A DNA stretch of 64,000 nt, taken from positions 832,001 through 896,000 of the forward strand of contig CAVSBQ010000002.1 of NCBI GenBank assembly GCA_963726265.1, given 5' to 3'. A program made the translations under genes and the position numbers. The stretch comes from Candidatus Aenigmatarchaeota archaeon. GTDB lineage: Archaea; Aenigmatarchaeota; Aenigmatarchaeia; QMZP01; QMZT01. Positions 49,299-60,000 of the stretch are shown one piece after another (the first letter of the stretch is position 1; each line of letters starts with the position of its first letter). The notes beneath the pieces are model-generated. The model was not told the origin of the DNA and made no database searches. It worked only from the letters and a program-made list of their open reading frames with translations.

Positions 49299-49610
49299 TC
49301 AGATGCCGGAGATGATGCCCCTCTTCCTCAGCCATTCTATCTCGGCGAACCTGTATTTCCATATCACGTTGCCTTTCTCGTCGCTCTCGACTTCCCACGG
49401 CTGGACCAGGACGACGTCCCCGGGCCTTATCCACTGCTTCCGTTTGAACTTGCCCGAGACCCTGCACATGCGCGTCTTCTTGTCGCTGCACTTTATCCTG
49501 AACCTGCCAGCGCCAAGCATTTCCTCGACGACGCCGAGTACTTCGCGCCCTCTCGGAGTCCTGACCCTGACGACTTCAGGAGCCTGCTCGTGCCCGTGAT
49601 GGTAGGCCAT
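49299..49610 (-). CDS. eif1a: Translation initiation factor aIF1A
   Basis: MLGAGR, WIRPGDVVLVQPW. Confidence 0.95.
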   Translation of the reverse strand: MAYHHGHEQAPEVVRVRTPRGREVLGVVEEMLGAGRFRIKCSDKKTRMCRVSGKFKRKQWIRPGDVVLVQPWEVESDEKGNVIWKYRFAEIEWLRKRGIISGI

Positions 49611-49692
49611 AATAAGTATTCGCCGGCTGTATTAAAAGATTGCACGTCTCGAGCGCATTGCAGTTCAGTAAATTTTCACGTTCTCCTGCATC

Positions 49693-51231
49693 TCAGTAAA
49701 GATAGCCGAGCTCGAGGATGATTTTCACGTTCTCCTGCATCTCGTTGCCGAGCGATTTGTAGATGTAGGAAGACGCTGGTTTCTTTATTTCAGCCTTCGC
49801 GAGCCTGTGCTCGCTGCCCGCGGCCCACGCCACGAGCGCCTTTACCAGCGTGGCGTAGTCGTCGCTGAGCTGGGTCGCATTGGAAAGCCACGCGGTCCTG
49901 CCGCTGCCTATGCCTTCTATGTTGTAGTTTATCACGCACGCAGGCAGGCCGCTCGCCTTCTGCACGAGGAGCATCTTGTTCTGGTTGCCGCTGATCTGGG
50001 TGACGTTCTCGTTCACGAGGAAGCTGGCGAATTCCCTCCTTTCAGGCTCCGTCACCCTTACGTTGTCCACGTAGGCTTTCCCGCACCTGTTGGAAAGGCT
50101 CATGTTCGACTGGTCGAGCCCTGCCGCCTGCGCCGACGCGGCCATTTTGCCGTCGACGTAAAGCTTCATGCTGCCGTATTCCGCGGTTATTTTCACGTGT
50201 TTCCATGTCAGTGACGCGACGAGGACGGATGTGTTCGAACCCGTTGAGCCAAGCGGCGGGGAGCGGTAGAATGAAGTGTATCCCGTCGTCCTGTTGGTCG
50301 AGAGCGAAGCTAAATAAGCATAGCCGCCACCCTTGGCGAAGCCCACGAGCAGGTAAGCGCCGTTCTCAAGGTAAACGTCGAAGTCTATTTCCCCGCTTGC
50401 GAAGGAGTCATAGAACCTGGTGAAAATGAAGGAGTTGTCTTCCCCTGCGTTGCAGCCTTCGCCCGCCAGCTCGAGCGCGGGCGGCGTGCTGCCGACTGCG
50501 GCGATGTCCGCGTCTCCGGCCCACTGGCCCGTGTTGCCGAAGTTGTCGTAGAACAGTGGTACGTGGATGAAGCGCTCGTAGATGACGTTGGCCTCCCTGC
50601 CGTCCTGCATGGCCGCGTCCGGGAATATTATGCCCGTGCTGTCCGAGACAGTTAAACCTGAATCCAGGCCGAACACCGTTTCCTGCACACTATCAATCAC
50701 GTTCAGGTCCGCTATCTCGACCACGCCTTTGTTGTGGCCCAGGAAATTCCTGAGCGCTGCCTGCGTCGCAGCAGGGGTCAGGTCCTCGTAGCCGCGGACA
50801 AGAGTTACGTCGAAATCCAGCGAGAACAGTTCGCTGGCGCTCCCGACTTTCACCACTTCAAAAGTGGTTTTCCTGCCGTTTATGGCAAACCATCCGGGCG
50901 AAAGCATGCTGTTCACCTCTGCGAACTCACTGTCGCTGCAGAGGCAGCCAAGCTTTATCTCCGGCTTGATGGCGTTCTGGAGCGTCACCGCGTATATCAC
51001 GTTCTCCGGCAGCGTGCGGTTAAGCTCCGCGTCGACCTCGGTTTTGTTGAACCAGTCAATCCCCTTGGCGTCAAGCGCGCGGAGCGCGTCGTCCGCCATC
51101 ATGCCGAGCTTGGTCTTCTGCCAGTCCGTCGCCGGCCCAGGGATGGAGGCGAACTGGCTGAAAACGAAGAACAGGAGGACGATGATGAGCAGTATCTCGA
51201 CGATGTGCATGAAGCCCTTCATCTTTGCCAT
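49693..51231 (-). CDS. Pilin-like exported protein (class III signal peptide) with inserted ConA/LamG-like domain
   Basis: MAKMKG|FMHIVEILLII; WKHVKI...LYVDG...YVDNVRV. Confidence 0.6.
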   Translation of the reverse strand: MAKMKGFMHIVEILLIIVLLFFVFSQFASIPGPATDWQKTKLGMMADDALRALDAKGIDWFNKTEVDAELNRTLPENVIYAVTLQNAIKPEIKLGCLCSDSEFAEVNSMLSPGWFAINGRKTTFEVVKVGSASELFSLDFDVTLVRGYEDLTPAATQAALRNFLGHNKGVVEIADLNVIDSVQETVFGLDSGLTVSDSTGIIFPDAAMQDGREANVIYERFIHVPLFYDNFGNTGQWAGDADIAAVGSTPPALELAGEGCNAGEDNSFIFTRFYDSFASGEIDFDVYLENGAYLLVGFAKGGGYAYLASLSTNRTTGYTSFYRSPPLGSTGSNTSVLVASLTWKHVKITAEYGSMKLYVDGKMAASAQAAGLDQSNMSLSNRCGKAYVDNVRVTEPERREFASFLVNENVTQISGNQNKMLLVQKASGLPACVINYNIEGIGSGRTAWLSNATQLSDDYATLVKALVAWAAGSEHRLAKAEIKKPASSYIYKSLGNEMQENVKIILELGYLY

Positions 51232-51319
51232 AAGCCCAACCCGAGCCGCATAGCCCAACGGAGCGCAAGCCAAAACAGCGGAACTCAATTTATTATTAAT
51301 GCGGTTTACATTATAAAAC

Positions 51320-52714
51320 ATGGACCTGAAATCCGTTTTCTCCTATCTGGGCTTCGTCCTCGTCGCGCTCGCGGTCTCGATGCTCATTCCCTTTTTCGCG
51401 AGCTTCGTATTCGACGACGGCGTCTACATCCCGTTCCTGCTCGGCGCCTTCATCTCTTTCGTCATCGGCATAATCCTGATAAAGAGGTTCAGGCGCGAAA
51501 CTCTCACGCTCGGCGCGGCCATGGTGCTCGCTGGGCTTTCGTTCCTCGTGGTTTCGCTCCTGGGCACCGTCGTCTACCTCGACCACATGCAGCCGCTGGA
51601 CGCGCTCTTCGAATCGGTTTCCGGCTTCACGACAACCGGCTTCACCACCGTCGCTCCGGAAACGCTGCCATACTCCATCCTGCTCTGGCGCTCGCTGACC
51701 CAGTGGCTCGGCGGGCTGGGAACGCTGGTCATGATAATCCTCCTCTTGTCCTCGCCGGGGCTGTCCGTCTACTACATGTATAAGGCGGAGGCGAAGACGT
51801 TCAAACTGGAAGCCAACGTCCTGCGCAGCGCGAAAAAGATATTCACGATCTACGGCGTTTACACGCTCGCGGGCATAGTGCTCTTCATGCTCGCCGGCAT
51901 GCCAGCCTTCGACTCGCTCAACCATTCGCTCACCGCGGTATCGTCGGGCGGCTTCTCGGTGAAGAACGGCTCGCTCGGCTACTACTCGAGCTTCATGATA
52001 GAAATCGTCGCCATCATCCTCATGATAATCGGCGCGACCTCGATTTTCATCCACACGAAGCTCTTCGAGGGAAAGCTGAAGATATATCTCAGGAACAGCG
52101 AGGCGCAGCTGTTCTGGCTTTTCACGGTGATTTTTTCAGTGCTGCTGACGCTCTCATTCCTCCCGCTTGCGGACCCGGTCAGGAGCGGCGTGTTCCACAC
52201 CTTCTCCGCGCTCACGTCGAACGCCTTCAGCCTCGGCGTCGCCAGCTACCCCGAGCTTTCGAAATTCATCCTGGTCATGGCCATGCTCATAGGCGGCTGC
52301 GCCGGCTCGCTCGCGGGCGGCCTGCGTCTGGTGAGGGTCGGCATCCTCGGCAAGGCGGTCACGTGGATAAGCAAGAAGATATTCTATCCGACCTCGGCGG
52401 TCGTGCCGTTCAAGTTCGGCAGGAAGACCATAGACGACCAGGAGTTGACCATCATCTCGCTGTTCTCTTTCACCTATCTCATCATACTCGTCATCTCGTC
52501 GATGCTGTTCAGCTTCATGGGCTATGCGCCGGCGGATGCGTTCTTCGTTTCCGCGTCGGCTGAAGGGAACGTCGGCCTCACTACAATCAGCGTCGCGGCG
52601 ATGAACCCTGCTGGAAAGGTTTTGCTGATGATAGACATGCTGCTCGGCCGCCTGGAAATCCTGCCGTTCTTCGTCCTGTTCTTCGTGATTTATTCCAGAC
52701 TAAAGTTCAGATGA
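51320..52714 (+). CDS. trkH: Trk potassium uptake membrane protein
   Basis: FESVSGFTTTGF, QWLGGLG, SSGGFS, GRLEI. Confidence 0.93.
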   Translation: MDLKSVFSYLGFVLVALAVSMLIPFFASFVFDDGVYIPFLLGAFISFVIGIILIKRFRRETLTLGAAMVLAGLSFLVVSLLGTVVYLDHMQPLDALFESVSGFTTTGFTTVAPETLPYSILLWRSLTQWLGGLGTLVMIILLLSSPGLSVYYMYKAEAKTFKLEANVLRSAKKIFTIYGVYTLAGIVLFMLAGMPAFDSLNHSLTAVSSGGFSVKNGSLGYYSSFMIEIVAIILMIIGATSIFIHTKLFEGKLKIYLRNSEAQLFWLFTVIFSVLLTLSFLPLADPVRSGVFHTFSALTSNAFSLGVASYPELSKFILVMAMLIGGCAGSLAGGLRLVRVGILGKAVTWISKKIFYPTSAVVPFKFGRKTIDDQELTIISLFSFTYLIILVISSMLFSFMGYAPADAFFVSASAEGNVGLTTISVAAMNPAGKVLLMIDMLLGRLEILPFFVLFFVIYSRLKFR

Positions 52715-52765
52715 AGAATGTGCTTAAGAGAAATTTCAGCGTAGTGAGCCAGCGAAAGGTTTATA

Positions 52766-52803
52766 TATCACTTATAGTGATAATATTATCATAAAAAGTG
52801 ATA
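52766..52803. promoter_or_regulatory. Twin inverted-repeat operators TATCA-N7-TGATA upstream of the MNT-HEPN pair
   Basis: 52766-52782 and 52787-52803, overlapping the TATA region and abutting the start codon. Confidence 0.7.
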
Positions 52804-52805
52804 AT

Positions 52806-53393
52806 ATGAAACTCGAGCTAAAAATAGTGGATTTGCTGGCCAGAGACATAGAAAAGAAATTTACAATTAATGAGATAGCAAAAGCTCTGGAAGAGTACTA
52901 TTCCTTTGTCCACAGAACTGTCAATAAGCTAAACAAAGACGATGTAATAATCAAAGAAAAAGCTGGCAAATCCTATCTTTGCTCATTGAATGTGACGAAT
53001 GAGAAAACAATGGCATTAATGCAGTTAAGCGAAATTGAAAAAAGGGGTGAATTTTTAAGCCAGAATAAAGAGTTGAAGCTAATTTTGGAGGATTTTGTCA
53101 AAGCCGCAGAAACGCAGGTTGATGCAATTTCTATCGTTCTGTTCGGGTCTTATGCCAAAGGCACAGCAACAAAGGAAAGCGATATTGATATCTTGCTGAT
53201 AAGCAGAGGCAAGGCAGGAATTGACAAAATAACAAAAGGTATGTATGCAAAATACGGAAAGGAGATTAGCACAATAATAATGACCCCCGATGACTTCAAA
53301 AAACAGAAAGATAAGGCTGTAATCAAAGAGATTATAAACAACCATTACATACTCTACGGGGTAGAGAAACTTGTAAACATGGTGTTCAAATGA
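52806..53393 (+). CDS. wHTH + minimal nucleotidyltransferase (MNT) antitoxin-like protein
   Basis: N-terminal HTH; LFGSYAKG...SDIDIL. Confidence 0.88.
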   Translation: MKLELKIVDLLARDIEKKFTINEIAKALEEYYSFVHRTVNKLNKDDVIIKEKAGKSYLCSLNVTNEKTMALMQLSEIEKRGEFLSQNKELKLILEDFVKAAETQVDAISIVLFGSYAKGTATKESDIDILLISRGKAGIDKITKGMYAKYGKEISTIIMTPDDFKKQKDKAVIKEIINNHYILYGVEKLVNMVFK

Positions 53394-53956
53394 GAGCGAA
53401 AGACATAATCACAAGGGCGATGAAGCGGGCCAAAGAAGAAAGAGGCCTTAGAGTGTCAAGGCCAAACGATTATCTAAGCGATGGCCATATCAAGAAAGCA
53501 GACCACAATCTGATTGTTATGACGGATTTGAACAGGCTCGGGCATGAGGATTGGGTCGTAATTTCTGCCTATTATGCAATGTACCAGTCTGCTACGGCAT
53601 TGCTTGCAAAAATAGGGCTGGAAAGCAAGGATCACGCCACAACCGCGGCCGTTCTGGAATACCTTTTCGGCGAGCAGATAAGCAAAGAACTGATAGGAAA
53701 GTTCAACGAGTTGAAAGAAAGGATTGAAACAATAACCATGGATGAAAAATACATCGACTATTTGTGGAAAACCAAGAGAGCAAGGGAAACTGCGCAATAC
53801 GGCATTTCCATAAGCCACAAAGAAACTGATACCATTATGAGAAACGCAAGGGAGTTTGTGAGCAAGATAAAGCTGATGTTAAGTGAACTGAACGAAAAGC
53901 TGGTTGCGATTATCGGCAAGGAGATAGAGGAATTGGAAGAGATATCAAGAAAATGA
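53390..53956 (+). CDS. HEPN-domain protein
   Basis: AYYAMY, SKDH, RETAQY; ATGA overlap with MNT. Confidence 0.85.
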   Translation: MRAKDIITRAMKRAKEERGLRVSRPNDYLSDGHIKKADHNLIVMTDLNRLGHEDWVVISAYYAMYQSATALLAKIGLESKDHATTAAVLEYLFGEQISKELIGKFNELKERIETITMDEKYIDYLWKTKRARETAQYGISISHKETDTIMRNAREFVSKIKLMLSELNEKLVAIIGKEIEELEEISRK

Positions 53957-54040
53957 AGAATTCTAAGAAGACCCGGAAAATCATTTTTCTGTATATGCGA
54001 GCCCACGAATTTATGTTAACAACTCCTTGCTGTTCTTTAG

Positions 54041-54784
54041 TCATTCAACTATGCGCAGCAGTTCCGCGAGGTCCTTTATCACGGCATCCGGCTTCTCGCT
54101 GCCCTTCAGCTCGAAGCTGTAGCTCCTCCAGCTGGCGCTTTCATCTTTCGGCCGCTCGAGCATGACCGCCTTCATGCCAAGCGCCTTCGCCGGCCTTATG
54201 TCCCTCTCCGGGTCGTCGCCGACGTAGAGAACGCGTTCTTTCGGCACGTCAAGCGCGCGCAGCATGTACCTGAATATCTGCGGGTCGGGCTTTTCTATCC
54301 CGAACCTTTTTGAGGCGATTATCCTGTCGAAAAACTTCGCCAGTCCCGTCCACTGCATCTGCGCGTTCAGCGTGTCGACCCTCTCGTTGGAGAGGATGAT
54401 AAGCTTTTTCTTCCGTTGCTTCAGTTCCGCGAGCAGCTCCCTGACCTTCACCAGGCTCTTGTCGTTTCTGAGGACGTATTTCAGGCCGCTCCTGTAGGCG
54501 ACGAGCAGCTGCTGGCTTATCTTCGACCTGTCGTTCTTCTTCACCCCAAGCGCTTCCAGCGTCGCTTTTATCAGCGGCAGCTCCTGCGCGAAATGCGAGC
54601 AGAACGGGTAGTTGAGATTCCTGTTGACCTCCGCCCACGCCTCGACGAACTTCTTACCAGCGACTTCGTAGCCGTTAGCTTCCATGATCCTGACGAAGTC
54701 GTTCGCCTTAAGCTCCATCACTCTCGGGAAGGGGTCGCTGACCAGCGTGTTGCCGTAGTCGAAGCCTATGCCGTCGATTTTCAT
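54041..54784 (-). CDS. HAD-superfamily hydrolase
   Basis: FDYGNTL, LSN, EKPDP.IF, VGDDPERD. Confidence 0.9.
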   Translation of the reverse strand: MKIDGIGFDYGNTLVSDPFPRVMELKANDFVRIMEANGYEVAGKKFVEAWAEVNRNLNYPFCSHFAQELPLIKATLEALGVKKNDRSKISQQLLVAYRSGLKYVLRNDKSLVKVRELLAELKQRKKKLIILSNERVDTLNAQMQWTGLAKFFDRIIASKRFGIEKPDPQIFRYMLRALDVPKERVLYVGDDPERDIRPAKALGMKAVMLERPKDESASWRSYSFELKGSEKPDAVIKDLAELLRIVE

Positions 54785-54820
54785 GAGTAGGTTTTATTTT
54801 CATGCCTTTAAAATATTCCC

Positions 54821-55420
54821 ATGGCGCAGGCTTTGCTCAAAATCTACAATTCGCTGCTGAACGACTACGGCCGCCAGGCATGGTGGCCGACGCATCGCAG
54901 TTTCCAGCCGAAAGAATGGGAGATATGCGTCGGCGCGATTCTCACCCAGAACACGAACTGGAGGAACGTCGAGAAGGCGCTCGACGTCCTTTTAGAAAAT
55001 AAAATCATTTCCCCGGAAAAAACCCTTGGGATAAAAACCGAAGAACTCGAAAAACACATCAGGTCTAGCGGCTTCTACAGGCAGAAGGCCATTCGCCTTC
55101 GAACGCTCGCGCAGTTCATCCTCTCATTCGGCAGCTTTTCTGAATTCAACAAAAAAGTTAAGAGGGAAGAGCTGCTGAAGGTGAAAGGCATCGGCCCCGA
55201 GACCTGCGATTCAATCCTGCTATACGCCTGCAACAGGCCGTTCTTCGTCATCGACGCCTACACCAGGCGCTTCGTGCGCTCGCTCGGCATGAAGACAAAG
55301 CAGACAAAGGCGGGCGGGGATTACGAAAGCCTGCGCAGCCATTTCGAGGCGCGCCTCCCGCGCGACGTCGCGCTCTACAAGGAGTTCCATGCCCTGATCG
55401 TGGAATGGGGGAAGCGGTAA
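54821..55420 (+). CDS. HhH-GPD endonuclease III-related protein
   Basis: GAILTQNTNW, KGIGPETCDSILLYA, VIDAYT. Confidence 0.9.
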   Translation: MAQALLKIYNSLLNDYGRQAWWPTHRSFQPKEWEICVGAILTQNTNWRNVEKALDVLLENKIISPEKTLGIKTEELEKHIRSSGFYRQKAIRLRTLAQFILSFGSFSEFNKKVKREELLKVKGIGPETCDSILLYACNRPFFVIDAYTRRFVRSLGMKTKQTKAGGDYESLRSHFEARLPRDVALYKEFHALIVEWGKR

Positions 55421-55478
55421 AATTATAATACCATTAGAAGGTAGTAAAAGCTTTAAAACCAGAAAAACAATTAAAAAC

Positions 55479-56927
55479 ATGAAGGTTTACGATGCTCTGA
55501 AGAAAAGGTATAAAAGCAGAGTTTTGCCGGTGCTGGGAGGTTTAGGCCTGCTGGCAATCGCGGCAGTCCCAGCTTCTGCAGGAGATGGCCCGGATAACTT
55601 ATACGGGGAAAGATTTTACGATGACCTTGTTAACACGAAGCCGACAACTGAGCATGCAAGTAAACCGGCGGAATATGCTGCCGAAATAAAGGATGCCAGC
55701 AAACACAGAAAAACGCCAAAAAGGACCCTTTCCATTAACTTGACGCAAAACCCCCTAAAAGATTCCGAATCGCTTTCAGACTGCTGGTACGCATCCAACC
55801 AGATTTTAGGAGAGGGCAATGATTATCTGGGCGAAAAACTGGGACTCGACAAAAACCTGCTGGGCAGGCTTGGCCTTGCGGCAGGAGCCCTGTGGGGGTC
55901 GCATGTTTCTTCTTATTATGCCCATGAAACAGCCCACGATATAGATTTGGAGAGGCGTGGCATAAACCCGGGAATCGATATAGACTTATCGGACTGGGGA
56001 GGTTTTTTTGCACCCCGCTACAGGCAAAAACCCATTGGTTTCGAAAATTACATAAAATTGGATGACGACGCTATTTTCAGGATAACGGTCAACGGGCTTA
56101 ACCAGGACGAGCTTAATGCGAAAAGGGGATGGGAACAGTCCATGCTGAAGGGCGAGCTTAGTTTTTGTGACAGCCTTTCCCACCTTCGGTCAAAACTTGA
56201 AGATGTGGTTTACATACTGGGCGTAGGCCTTGCAGAACAAAGGTTCGATGCGATATTCAGCGAACTGCCTTCCCGGTATATGTTCGCCGATTACCATCAA
56301 AAAGGCATCAAGACCGACCCGGACATCTACACAGGTCTTCTCCAGTCCAGAGGCATAAATCTCACCAAGAAAGGTTATCTGATACAGGCCTTGGCGGCTG
56401 ATATTTTGTCTTACCCGACATGGGAAAGCCTTGGGTCTGTTTTCAGGTATCTGACTAAAGGGGAAAGGACCGGCAAGCCGTTCACGTTAAAACTGGCTGA
56501 CGGCCTTGAAATAACGCCTCCTCTTTTCAGTCTATACTTGACGCCGCTGGGAAGCGTCTGCGAAGCCAGTTCGATGTTCAACCCGGGCGGTAAAAATCCC
56601 TTTAAATTTTCTCTCGGGACTGATCTCGATTTTATCGGGAAAGGAAAGGTCGATCTCCTGAGAATAGGGGGCCAGCTGTACGGCGTCGATTTTCCGCTCG
56701 GGGTTAAGGTCAGCCCGTTCGCTCACGTGAACCTGCAAAAGTCATCTTTATCGCCTGACGGATTTTCAGCCGGGTTTGAGGCTTCTGTCACTCTAGCCAA
56801 AAAAATAAGGCTGCGCGGAAAGGCGGAGATGTGGAGTAGAGACCTGATAAAAAGCATGGTAGTTGAAGGCAAAAGGAGCGGCTTCAAGCTAGCGCTAGGT
56901 TTAGAAGCGGGCATCTGGAGCGATTGA
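55479..56927 (+). CDS. Exported hypothetical protein with HExxH motif and beta-strand-rich C-terminus
   Basis: Signal peptide ending ASA, HETAH, alternating strands at the C-terminus. Confidence 0.6.
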   Translation: MKVYDALKKRYKSRVLPVLGGLGLLAIAAVPASAGDGPDNLYGERFYDDLVNTKPTTEHASKPAEYAAEIKDASKHRKTPKRTLSINLTQNPLKDSESLSDCWYASNQILGEGNDYLGEKLGLDKNLLGRLGLAAGALWGSHVSSYYAHETAHDIDLERRGINPGIDIDLSDWGGFFAPRYRQKPIGFENYIKLDDDAIFRITVNGLNQDELNAKRGWEQSMLKGELSFCDSLSHLRSKLEDVVYILGVGLAEQRFDAIFSELPSRYMFADYHQKGIKTDPDIYTGLLQSRGINLTKKGYLIQALAADILSYPTWESLGSVFRYLTKGERTGKPFTLKLADGLEITPPLFSLYLTPLGSVCEASSMFNPGGKNPFKFSLGTDLDFIGKGKVDLLRIGGQLYGVDFPLGVKVSPFAHVNLQKSSLSPDGFSAGFEASVTLAKKIRLRGKAEMWSRDLIKSMVVEGKRSGFKLALGLEAGIWSD

Positions 56928-57009
56928 AAGCGCATGTGCCGGGCAATATAGTTATTTTTACATCGTTGAAATTAACAATCTAATAAATAATCGAGACTAA
57001 TAGTAAATC

Positions 57010-60000
57010 ATGGGGAAAAAGCATTCGCCTTTCCTGTTTTTGACCGTCTCGGTCTCGATTTGCGTATTATTCCTTTTATCAAACGCTTCCCCAGTTTGGG
57101 CAGATGCAGGAACCCCCTGTACTATAAATACAAATTGCTGGGATTCAGCAACGGATAACGATGGGGGTATCGCTCCAAAAACACAAGGGGTTTGCAAAGA
57201 ATATCATGACACTTGTGTAGATAAAAAATGCAAGGGAGAATTTACTACTGTGAATTTTCCTGATAGCTGTCAAAGCAGTGTCAACTTGTATGAATATTAT
57301 CCAAGTGGTATCTATTGCAGCTACGTAGGGTCACTTTGTAATGATTTTGATAATACACCTGCTTGCGGAGGAAGTGGCAATCCATGTCCGGGATGTTTTT
57401 ATTACGACTGGTCCTGCACAGGAAGCGGCACAGTTAGCAACCCCGGTTACTGCGACGATACCGCAATTAATCCCGACACCCCGCCATCAACTTACTGCAC
57501 ATCTTGCGGTAAACCCTGGGGCATCGGGGGCGAGGGTGCGGGTGCTTCTGCATGCTGCGGAGACGACAGCAGCGAGAACGTATTAACATGCACCGCAACC
57601 ACTCTTATTGCATGGAAGACATCGAGCTGCGATGGCAGGACCGCCTGCTGCAACCCGAGCACCGACTGCAACACCGACGACAATTGCTACGCTACAGGAT
57701 CCGACTACCAGGTCTCAAGCGGGGTTGACCAGTGGGCGTATTGCGGCAGCGGCCATACGTGGTATGATTGCGACAATTACCCGACTAGTTGTTCTGTATG
57801 CGGCTATGCCAGTACAACATGCGGCGAGGCACTCAGTGAGTGCAGCAAAGGGCAGACGGAGTGCTGCGGGGATGATGAAAATGAATATAAAAATACATGC
57901 AACACTGTCTCCACTGTTGACTGGACCTGCAGCGTAACAGCATGCTGTAATCCCAGCACGGACTGCGTCCAGCCTGATTACACCTGCAGCAATACTCAGG
58001 AAGCCCATAAAACCCAGACAAGCGGCAATGACATGTGGGCGTATTGCGGCAGTGATATAAAATGGCATGACTGCGATACCTATTACTCTGATTGCGGGGC
58101 AAGCGTATGCGGAAGCGCCAGCGGGGTAAAATGCGGAGAGACTTTCGATGAGTGTGTCAAGGGACAGACGGAGTGCTGCGGCGACGATTCAACTGAGGAT
58201 TATGCATACTGTCAAAAGGATTCTGCTATCACCTGGTCATGCAGCAGCTCCGACACTGCCTGCTGTAACAACCCTTCCAACTGCGTCGACCCCACTGATC
58301 CTACATGCCATACAAGCAGCAGGGGGCATGATGTTGACGCTTCGTCCTCAATAGACAACTACGCCTACTGCGACGGCTCTACGCAGCCCGGGACATGGAA
58401 GGACTGCGATAGTTATCCAACGTCTGTGGGCTGCAACTGCGCCCAGCAGGCGGCAATAAGATGCGGAGAATCAGGTTTCGGGGAATGTAATTTGGGCGAG
58501 ATGGAATGCTGCGGCGACGACTCGGGAGAGAATTACAGGTATTGCGAGGCCGCGGCTGGCTTCCCTGCTGTTGCCGGCGACTGCGCCTCCAGCGACAGCG
58601 CATGCTGCAACTCGGCGACTGACTGCGTCACGACAGACGGCAGCACATGCGTGACCAGCGGTAGCACTTCCGTCGACGGCGACGGCAACGGGGACAACGA
58701 CTACTGCAATGCAGGGACGTGGTATGACTGCAGCGACGCCACCAACAACCAGTGCCCGGTGGGATACATGTGCAGCGTTTCTGATGACTGCGTCCTTGAT
58801 ACGACGCCGCCAACGGTCTCGGTCAGCGGAGCCCCGGCGAGCTGGCAGAAGACCGACGCGACCGCAAGCGTCGTATGCAGCGATTCCTACAGCGGCTGCG
58901 ACGTCACGAGCTACAAACTACTCACATACGCTTCAAACCCAGGCTCATGCCCCACCACCTACAGCAGCTACACCCTGACCAGCCCGCAGACCGTCTCCAG
59001 CCACGTCTGGGTATGCGCGGCCGCTAAGGATAACGCGGGCAATGACGGGTTTTCAAGCCCGACGGAATTCAAGGTAGACAAGACGCTGCCAGTCACAAGC
59101 ATAACCTGCAACGGGGCGGCCTGCGCATCTTCATGGTATACGGCGAACGTCGCCATCGTGCTTTCATGCACTGACACCGGAGGCAGCGGATGCGCATCGA
59201 CTTACTATTGCGTGGACCAGAGCGACGCCTGCACACCCTCGACGGCGTATTCATCTTCATTTGCCGTCTCCACAGAGGGGACGAATTACGTGAGGTATTA
59301 TTCGACGGACGCCGCGACGAATGCAGAGGCGGTCAAATCGCAGACGGTCCGCCTAGACAAGTCAGCTCCGACCGTATCGGTCAGCGGAGCCCCATCGAAT
59401 TGGCAGAACACGGACGCCAGCGCAGCGGTCTCATGCTCAGACCCTTACAGCGGCTGCGACGCAGCGACGTACAGGCTGAGAAGCTCTTCATCAAACCCCG
59501 GCGCGTGCTCGCAGACATACGCTGATTACACGCTCACCAGCCCCCAGACAATTTCAAGCCACCAGTGGCTCTGCGCCGCGGCGAAGGACGCCGCGAGCAA
59601 TACAGGGTTTTCAACACCATCCGAATTCAGGATCGACAAGATAAACCCGGTCGCCTCCATAACCGACGAGTCGACAATCTGGATTAGTTCTGACGTGATA
59701 ACCCTCAGCTGCACGGACACCGGCGACTCTGCCTGCGTGACGACGAAATGGTATTATTTCGACGCGGACGGCGTCTGCGCGACGACGAAGGCGAGTTACA
59801 CGCTTTCCACCACGGCCGCGACCATAACGGTTAACACGAACCACAACGACTGGCTGTGCCTGTGGGTCGAGGACAATGCAGGCAACCACGACACCGACGT
59901 CTCCTCGCAGTTGCTCGTCGACGTCAACGCGCCATCCACGGTTATAGACGAGGACGGAGGCGACTACACCGGCTACAACGTGACGGCATTCAACCTCACG

